The notes under the pieces are model-generated. The model worked only from the letters and a program-made list of their open reading frames with translations. It was not told the DNA's origin and did no database searches. A stretch of 64,000 nucleotides of DNA from Antedon mediterranea (Eukaryota > Animalia > Echinodermata): the NCBI RefSeq assembly GCF_964355755.1, contig NC_092674.1:14322001-14386000 (forward strand), written 5' to 3'. Shown one piece after another: positions 55,049-64,000 of this stretch (its first letter is position 1; each line of letters opens with the position of its first letter). The translations under genes were made by a program, and so were the position numbers.

Positions 55049-55157
55049 ATTTTTTCATACAACTAAAAAATATGGAACTTTCGCCAATGAGCTATGCTCG
55101 ACGCGATTATGAGATCATGTTCCGAATATGAGCACTGTTTCTATAATTTACCGTATG

Positions 55158-55160
<3 letters not shown>

Positions 55161-55241
<81 letters not shown>
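55161..55241. repeat. (TA)n microsatellite
   Basis: About 40 perfect TA units. Confidence 0.98.
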
Positions 55242-55247
<6 letters not shown>

Positions 55248-55299
55248 ACAGCAGAAAACTTGGTTACTTCATTGTTTTAATCACTACAAAATTTACAGC

Positions 55300-56810
55300 T
55301 TGGTGCAAAAGGAACACTACATTCGATGTTACTATGGGTAGCTACGACGGTGCTGAAACATGCGAGTTAATTGGTCTGTTTCTGCTAGCCAAACTGGAGC
55401 CCAAGTACGGTAATAACATAGGATTGTACAGGGATGACGGACTCGCGGCATTTAATGAAACTCCTCATGTTATTGAAAAAATAAAAAAAGATCTCTGCAG
55501 CACATTCAAAGAACATAATCTAAAGATAACGATCGAAGCGAATAAGAAAATTATAAACTACCTAGATGTAACGCTTAATCTCAACGATGGAAGCTATAAG
55601 CCTTATTTAAAGGAAAACAACAAACCACGCTATGTTCATTGCAAAAGTAATCATCCAGCATCAATAATTAAGAACATCCCTGAAGGCATAAACAAAAGAT
55701 TATCAAACATTTCTTCGAATGAAACTGTTTTCAATGAATCAAAGAAACCGTACCAAGAAGCCTTGTATGAAAGTGGATACGACCACAATCTGAAGTACAA
55801 CCCGACCAATACCAGCGAACAAAATAATGTGAAGAAGACAAGGAAAAGAAATATCATCTGGTTCAACCCGCCTTACAGTGCCAACGTGAAAACCAAAATA
55901 GGGCACGAGTTCTTAAAGACTGTAGATGAATGTTTTCCACATAACCATGAGCTAAGAAAAATATTTAATAGAAACACCATTAAAATCAGCTATAGTTGTA
56001 TGCCTAATATAGGGTCTGTAATATCGGCCCACAACAAAAATGTATTACGTAATGATATGCCCTGTGATAACATCAAGCAATGCAACTGTCGACATGAATG
56101 CCCATTAGATGGGAAATGCCTAACCAGTGGTGTTGTTTATCAGGCAACAGTAACAACAAATGATGATGATAAAGTTGAAACATATGTCGGACTAACCGAA
56201 AACACATTTAAATGCAGATATAACGCACACAATAGTTCATTCCGTAATGTTAAATACAAAAACAGCACAACGCTTAGCCAGTACATCTGGAAGCTAAAAG
56301 ATGGTAACATAAAGTATAACATTAAATGGCGAATAATAAAGAAGTGTAAACCATATTCCAATGTTAACAAACGGTGTAATCTATGCTTACAAGAGAAGTA
56401 TTATATTATATGCAAGCCTGAAACCAGCTCACTTAACCATAGGAACGAATTAGTCAGTGCATGTAGACATAGGAGAAAGTTTCTACTAAAGTATCAGTTA
56501 TTTAGATAATAAGAATTTGGTTAACAATAGACTGTCCAGGAAATAGAGATGTGTTGTACTTGCTAATTAGCATACTATTGTTCACATAAACAGTTTGCCT
56601 TAAGACTTCATTATAGCTTTTTGTATTCACTTGTGACTATCATTCAGAGCCAAGCACCTGAAGATTGAGTTCATACTCATGAAACAGCCTGTAGTGCAAT
56701 AAAATGTTCAGTTGGTAATTTACTAGCGTCTTTCATTTATTTATATTTGGCTCTACATTTTGTATCGAGCACTTTCGCTTTCATGGTCTGCGTTAAATTC
56801 ACCACGATTT
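55300..56810 (+). mobile_element. Penelope-like element of a second lineage (probably Hydra clade), 5'-truncated, (TA)n-flanked
   Basis: ORF 55334..56509: [28 protein letters not shown]...CPLDGKC, VVYQATV...YVGLT (GIY-YIG-like), CNLC; (TA)n on both sides. The clade name is from memory, not a search. Confidence 0.82.
56654..56697 (+). ncRNA. Type I minimal hammerhead ribozyme in the PLE 3' region
   Basis: GCAC-CUGAAGA-U-UGAGU(UCAU)ACUCA-U-GAA-ACAG(C)CUGU-A-GUGC: intact core, stems I, II and III, GUA cleavage triplet. Confidence 0.85.
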
Positions 56811-57269
56811 ATATATATATATATCTCACAGGATGGATCTTTTTCATTTTGGAGGAGATGGTAATAACAGTCGTTTCAGCAAAGACATCTCCGAGTCGGA
56901 ATAAGAAAAAACAAAACATATACATAAATTGCACTGTTTTACGATGAAGTTATGTGGAGAAACCACTGTGATCTACTGTAGGTAAAGTAAACGATATTAG
57001 CTTCGATGGTTCACTATGGCAAGAAGCATTTCCGTTTTTGATGATCAACTTTAGATAGCATGGTAACCAACCTGGTGATGTTGCAACATGTTAAGATGCA
57101 TAGCCCTTAATGATTTATATGAAGTAGAATTTTCTAAAAAGAAATAATTCAATAAAGAGTCATAATACTGTAGGTTGAAGCCTTGCGACTACCAAAACAA
57201 AACTTTACTGGAATTTCATCAAGTCCACAAGATATAATAGTGTTTGGAGTATCAACCTTGACTTCAACT

Positions 57270-57700
57270 AATGGATGTGCTGTCTATAACGCAAAATCTA
57301 AAGAGACCTATCATCCAACGTCATCTCTAAAGTGAAACTATTTGCCAATTATTGCATTCATAACACAATTCTAAGTACTGAAGACGCTGGAAATTGCAAA
57401 CAGACTTTGTAAGCGAACGAGAAAAAGGTGTTAAAATGCTAAATGCTTCTCCGTGAGAGTTAAACACAGGAAAACACCAATCATATACGAACACAATCCT
57501 TTCTAGTATTTGAACTCAGTCAAGTTAGATTGGTCAACCCATATAAACTAAATCACCAATAAAGCAAACAGAATACTAAGATTGCGCAACATAAATCTCT
57601 ATAGTACAATTGTAGTAGGAATATTAAACTATAGCGTATAACTATCTTATTCGACCTTTAAGCTTGAGTAATGTTTTGACGCTTGGCCAAATCACGAATC
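57270..57700 (+). mobile_element. Highly decayed CR1-like RT fragment
   Basis: KVKLFA, ITNKANR and LIRP remnants across frameshifts. Confidence 0.45.
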
Positions 57701-57771
57701 GGACATGTACATGCTAATATTTGCAGCTAAACACATAGCACAATAATATGAGGATGCTTCGATGCAACCGT

Positions 57772-60700
57772 TAGCCTAACAGTTTTGTGATTTTACGGAT
57801 TTTAGCACCGTGACCTCTGACTGCAGTTGATACAAATTGTTGCTCATTGTTTTATTTAGCTTAGATATTATCCTATTATATGCCTAGAAGAAGTGTGTTT
57901 TGTATGGTAAATACACATACGCCCGTATTCTTAAACCGGACTTTAGTCGTAGTTCGAGCTAAAACTTGATGAATGACATCATTTTAATTCATAAACAAAA
58001 CTTCAACTAAATCGGGGACAAAATCAGGCCAACCTCGACTAAATCGAGACGGATTTTGATCGATGAGGCAGGCTAAATCGCCGACTAAATGGTATTTAAT
58101 CAAGGTTTATAAAAAATATAACAGTCCTTGAGTTGTTATATTGGCCAGATATTGAAGAATGAAATATCTATTTTTATATTAGTTGAATTAAATATGCATT
58201 GGTATAATGTTGATGCAAATCATGTTTATTTACAACCGTATACAAATTACATAATTTTCTTCGCGCAAGTCCGCGATGGAACGTTTATAGCGTTTTCTTG
58301 TCACGCTATGAAGTACGTGATTCGTCGCGATCTTACTTTGTTGGAGGCCTATAAAATATGGAAGTTTTTGTTTGTTGTTAATGACAAGTACTTTACTTTT
58401 AAATTAATACTGATCTTGTTTCTATAATAAACGATTAAGATTATTTTTCATGTATAGTCCTGATGCGTAAAAAGTTTTGTTATAACAAAATGGAAAGTGA
58501 TATTAATTCGCAAAATGTCGTCTTTTATCATTGGCCAATTTTAATTTATAATATTTATTAAAATAGCCTTTCTTACCCAGACGTGTGAAACTCGACTAAA
58601 GCTCGACTTCATTAAGTCAAACTGCAAACTTGGACTACTTCGTTTATGAATCGAATTTTTTTATTTTTTTTTATTTTTTTTTTTTTTTTTACCATATTTA
58701 ATGAGGGTGATCCATCCAGCTATTGCTGATCATTAGGGACCCTCAGAGGTTCACAAGACAAACATATACACAAGATGCTCTACATAAACAAAGTCTTATT
58801 ACAAGTCTTTGGGAGTGGAGTAATTTGGTCCTTAGAAAAAATCCTGACATGTGACGGGACTTGAACCCAGGACCTTTAGAGTGGTAGCCAAGCATCATAA
58901 CCACCAAGCCACAACTCCACTCCAAGTACTTTTGAAGTCGAAGTTCGAACTACGACAAAATTTCGGTTTAAGAATAACGGTCGTAAATGGCTATTTAAAT
59001 TATATAGAGTAGGGAAATATATTATAAAGAGCGTTTACCTTGGCAATAAGCAATTCAAAGTTGAATATTTTAAATGTGAACGTACCCCCCCCCCCCTCCC
59101 CCAACTTCATCAAATGTGCCATGACAAGGACAGTAATCGGTGATACCATACAAAACACACATTTGACATTGATTAAATTTAATTCAATAGTTTGGAGTCA
59201 TTTTATAACAAGTAATTTCCAGGGTTCGAATTGTATTCGATTAATAATTCAACGTGTCTGTATTATTTGTTCATGTCGATATGTATACTGCTGTACACAC
59301 AGCCTTGCCTACACTTATTTATTTACGCCGAAACTTCACAACAGTTCAGTAGAACCTCTCCTTTAGAACACCCTATTCAGGGAACGCGAACTCCGAATGC
59401 CTAAAGAAACAACACTACAAAAGCAAACAGAAAAATGACTAAATAATTATATTCATCATTATTCGAACCCTTGCCGATGTTGTTGGCTCTTTACCATCAG
59501 ACACGTGAATGAACCTGTCATTTCTTCTGAAGGATCTGTCTGAGCAGGACAGCGAAACTCCCAAGCAGGTTAGTTTCACTAATTTTTTTTTTTTTTGAAA
59601 ATAATTAATAAATTTCACATGCCTTACCGTTACATAAAATGCAGAGTGTAAATAATCTCCGCGAAGCAATAGTAATTATGTCATTAACATGCATACTAGT
59701 CTGGAACAAAAATCTGAAAAGAGGCCTAGAAATCAAGATAGGGGAAGTGGAATGCTACAGGCAGTAAACATAGCCAGATATCAATCCCTTCTGATCACTC
59801 TAAGCTTTGTTGACACAATGTTTTGCCTAGTCTATACATCACTTCAAGTAGTCTTCTAATACTAATATCGGTATGTGTAATTTTCAAATGATATCACGAT
59901 TTTCAGCTAGACAACATCGACCAAATTTGCTTCACTCGTAACATCTCATCCCCTCCCCTTAAAACTCATGTCTACTATTCTGTTGTACCATACCATGATA
60001 CATTTCAAACATTCTTGTTTTGAAGATGTCGATATCTTGTCGTCTCTGCTTATCATTACAGTCTCAAAATCCACGTCAACATTGGCAAATGGTGGGGTAC
60101 CGCAGGTTGTGACTTATTTTTCTCTTTTCCATTTATATTTAATCAGAGTTTGCTCCGTTTATCCAGTAGGATTCACTCAGCTTTGTTGGCATGATACTTC
60201 TATCACTGTGACCATACTTGAAATGAGTATCTTGAATAACGAAATCAGCAATAGTTGGTCCCATAGAAATGAAAATTGGTTGCTTTTTGTCGGCTGGAAT
60301 TATATTGCTTTTATAGCCACAAAAATTGTCAGTACTCTGGTTTTCAGTGTCAACCACAAAAACATGTGAGAGGTACGACCGCCGTGCAGTTATCGACAGT
60401 ACAGTCATCCTCGCTACAAATTACAGTATCTATAATATGACCCGCATTGTGGTTGGTTCATTTACCTATATTATTACCGGCACGCCCATTAAATTGTACA
60501 ATTATTATTTTTTTTTTTAATCACACTGAATTATATAGCACCTGTTATTAATAACATTTGTAACACTTACATTGTTTGGAAGATCCACTTTAGCACCTGC
60601 CTCGAGCAAAATAGTGCAAACGTCTTTGTGGCCCTTTTCTGCAGCCCTATTTAAAGGTGACCATCCATTCTGAAAGAATTACAAACATCATGTTATTGTA

Positions 60701-63700
60701 GTCTTCTACAAAAAGCTAATTAATATTGTATTGAAATCAATTCTATGTGATCAAGAAAGATTATCTTAAAGGCCAGATGAGGGGAAAGAATTCCTATTAA
60801 TCTTACATTCCAATATCTATATTTTCCCCTAAGTTTCATAGTTTATGGGATTTTATTTGTAATTTGTCAGATGTTTTGCTCTACTCTGACGTAATTTGTT
60901 CTTCATATTAACATTATTGAGAACACTTTCGCATTCCAAGTAGTTCTCGGGTGGGGCTTGAACCCACGACCTCCAGATCACAGATCTTTCGCTGATGGCT
61001 AGTGGTTAGATTCGAGCCCAAAGTAAGCAGCGGGTACTGTACCAACAGGGTTGTAATTGTATTAATCTACTGTGGAGAGTAGGGCAAAACTCCATGACGC
61101 AAAGCTACTCCACAGTAGTTTAATACAATTACAACCCCCGATTTAATTTGTGTTACACAAGATTGTTGAAAATAAGCACTTTATTATCAGTCAAATTACA
61201 CAATAAAATATCTATTCTTTTGTACACAAATGTTGTAAATAGAGAGGCATTTTAATTTATTGATGATAAAAAGTTTATTATTACTGTAACCGAATTAGTC
61301 ATGATATACGATGAATTTAAATCAGTTTTTGCATCATGAGGTAAATATAAATACTGGTTCGTAATGTCCAACACTCCACACTAAACATGGCCATGCATTT
61401 AATACTAAACATTGTATTACATTGAAATGTCAGAATGTTATAATGTACTTGGTATCAAAACTATACTAATGGACCAAAAGGTGACATACACTTTTGTCAA
61501 ATCATCTCCTGTTTTGTATCGTTGGATAGATTTTAACTATGAAACTATTTTAACAATAATATTGTTTGTACACTATACGTATGATGTAGTAATTGTTTGT
61601 TTGTCATTGAAAGTAATGGTAAATGTATAATTTGTTTAGTGTCCCATATCGTTTATGAACGCGTTATAATTTTGATTCTGTTCTGGTTTTATGTGTAAAA
61701 GTGAAGATCAAAATAATTAAAATATTAGAAGTAATCGTGATCTTTGAAATTATAATCATGAATATTGTCTCCATGTTAATAATTTAAAGTAATATTTTTT
61801 TAAATTTTATGTAATTTACCCAGGCCTAAATAATATGAAAAAAAAAATCTTTTAAAAAACAATAGTACATATATATAATCCAAATGTGCATGTATATTGC
61901 TATGATATACATAATTAAATAACTTTCTCTCTGGCCTTCTGATTTAGGTGAAGTAGACATTATTTTATTATGACATACAGTAGTAACGTTCTACCGCTAT
62001 TTTGTATTTAAGATAATCATGTTCCTTTGTATTCAGTGCTACTAATCACCAACATCATTGATAGAGAACCAGATGTAAACAACAGACGCATCAGAGGTAA
62101 TTTAAATCGGACGACGAGGAACCCAAATCATCAACAGAGACAAAGGCGTCCACCAACTCACATTGGCTCCCTAGAGGTATGTCAGTTTAAAAACATATCT
62201 TATTCTGAAGGAGCTGTCTAAGCAGGACTGCCAAGCAGGTTAGTTTCGCTAATTGTTTTTTTTTCGAAAAGAATTAATAATTCACATGTCGTATCGTTAC
62301 GTAAAATACAGAATGTACATAATCTCCGCGAAGCCATAACACTTATTTCATTACCATGTATATCTCACATCAAGTCGTCTTCAATACCGGTACGTGTCAT
62401 TTTTAATTCCGCTTGACCACATTATTCGCTTTACACTCAACGTTTCATTCCCTCTTCTTAAAAATCTACAATTATGTTGTACAATTTCAAACATTCTTGT
62501 TTTGAAGATGTCGATATCTTGTCGCCCTTGCTTTAATCATTACTGCCTCGACTGTCAGTACTCTGTTATCTAAAACTTCAGTGTCATCCAAAAAACATGT
62601 ACTTTTGCACGCTTACTTTACGCGGAAAATATTCGGACGGTTAGTTTAACACCTATTTCCCGTTTAAAAGTCGAAACTCATCTCATTGTAAGCTTTAATA
62701 TCATGTACATAAACAACACTGAATGTGTTTCACACTTGCTATATCACTGCATCTCGAACATCTTGACCTGGAGAGGTTCGTCAGAATCCTGTTTGAGCAG
62801 AACGATTTATAACAATGACGTCACATATAATAGGACACCGGTTTTTGTAGAGAGTTCGAAATAGAAATGGTTAGGTTAGTCAGTGTGTGCTCTAAATTGA
62901 GCTGTTTTTACTTCACAATATCAAATACCTCAATTTGTTTGAAATCTATTAATTTTTTGCGATCATTGATCGTCTTCAATTTTTAATAGTGGTTCTGATT
63001 TTTAAACCATCTTGAGAACAATGTGAGCAGAGTTTGGATTTGATTTACGCATTATCTTTCTGAGCTTAATTGTTGAATCACGTACAGCTATTACTGCATC
63101 TGAAAATTTTGCATATTAAAGTTTAACTAAAATACACCATAGTACCCTGTGTTATCGGAGAAATATTCGAGAAAATATTACACACCTGTAAGTGTAAGTG
63201 CGCACTCATATTGCTTATAATAACTTTGAAAGCACGCTTCGGTATTGTCAATCGCAATGGTTTAGAGCAGGACGCCAAACTGTAGGATATAGCTTTAGGA
63301 TTGGGTGCAGGTAGTGGTGGTAACTGCTGTAACATCAACATGGCTTAATTTTAACGAGAACACGGGGTAACGACACATTTATCAAGAAAGATGCTCTTGA
63401 TCATCATTTTTTAAATACGATGTATTTATAATTATATGGACCTCAACAAAATCCATCTAAAGTACCAGCAGCATTGGTTGACAAACCCTTAATCTTCGAT
63501 CACATACTGACCGTCATTAAGCTTTATAACCAGTCACATCAATTAGGAACTTAATTACACACTACATTGTTTGCAAACTGGTAAGTAATACAACCCAACA
63601 ACACTGTCATGATGTAATTAGGAAAAGAAGGAACAAAATGACTTCTTTCATTGAAACATCAATTTTAATTGATGTTTCAATAAAAATACATACAGGAGCT

Positions 63701-63820
63701 ATTTTGGCTTGGTATTATGTACAAAAGCCCTAGAAAACATCTTATTTTATTGTTTTAGTTTTCTTCAGAAATATAACTTTTGATTTCATATTTTAAATAC
63801 GATATTTGTATTCGAGTATT
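57772..63820 (+). repeat. Segmental duplication copy B (contains E6)
   Basis: Matches 42697-46943 + 51089-51550 + 52870-54250. Confidence 0.95.
60571..60669 (-). CDS. Single-ankyrin-repeat exon E6, the most 5' in the window (NGWSPLNRAAEKGHKDVCTILLEAGAKVDLPNN)
   Basis: 99 bp open frame between acceptor TGTTTGTAATTCTTTCAG and donor GTAAGTGTTACA; phase 0-0; fits the ankyrin consensus G-x-S/T-P-L-x-x-A-A-x-x-G-H...L-L-x-x-G-A. Confidence 0.9.
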
Positions 63821-64000
63821 ATAATACAGTATGTATAATTTTTCAATACAGGTAGTTTTTTTTTTTTTTGTCTACTTGCTTAATTTCTGTTGCAAAACGC
63901 TGTGATGGAAATGTTGCTTTCCACGTAAACGTACTGCAAGTGCAGATATTAGAGAGGTTTCGCAATCTTACGAATACGATAACGAAAACCTGCTGGAGTT

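Noticed and set aside
13040-60669. RAG-type somatic recombination signals around the ankyrin exons
   Set aside because: No heptamer-spacer-nonamer was seen in the conserved flanks, and nothing in the sequence demonstrates somatic rearrangement.

Overview
AT-rich animal genomic DNA, probably a marine invertebrate; an echinoderm is suggested by the abundant TAGGCCTA motifs and the TE complement (inference). There are no prokaryotic features. The only host coding sequence I can support is six 99-bp, phase 0-0 exons on the minus strand (60571-60669, 45540-45638, 38851-38949, 26262-26360, 16686-16784, 13040-13138). Each encodes exactly one 33-aa ankyrin repeat and sits in a duplicated exon-plus-intron cassette with conserved flanks. 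Across the six exons only three codons vary synonymously, while amino-acid changes cluster at the beta-turn and helix-1 positions that form the ankyrin binding surface. This looks like a modular, DARPin-like receptor gene diversified by exon duplication, recombination and possibly alternative splicing. The 3.5-15 kb introns contain many nested TEs: a Sola2-like element inside a Gmr1-type Gypsy, several LINE clades, two Penelope-like elements with hammerhead motifs, a 3.85-kb palindromic Academ derivative, a Kolobok element, 5S- and tRNA-derived SINEs and MITEs. They also carry direct and inverted segmental duplications, whose empty paralogous sites reveal insertion points. All alignments were made by eye.
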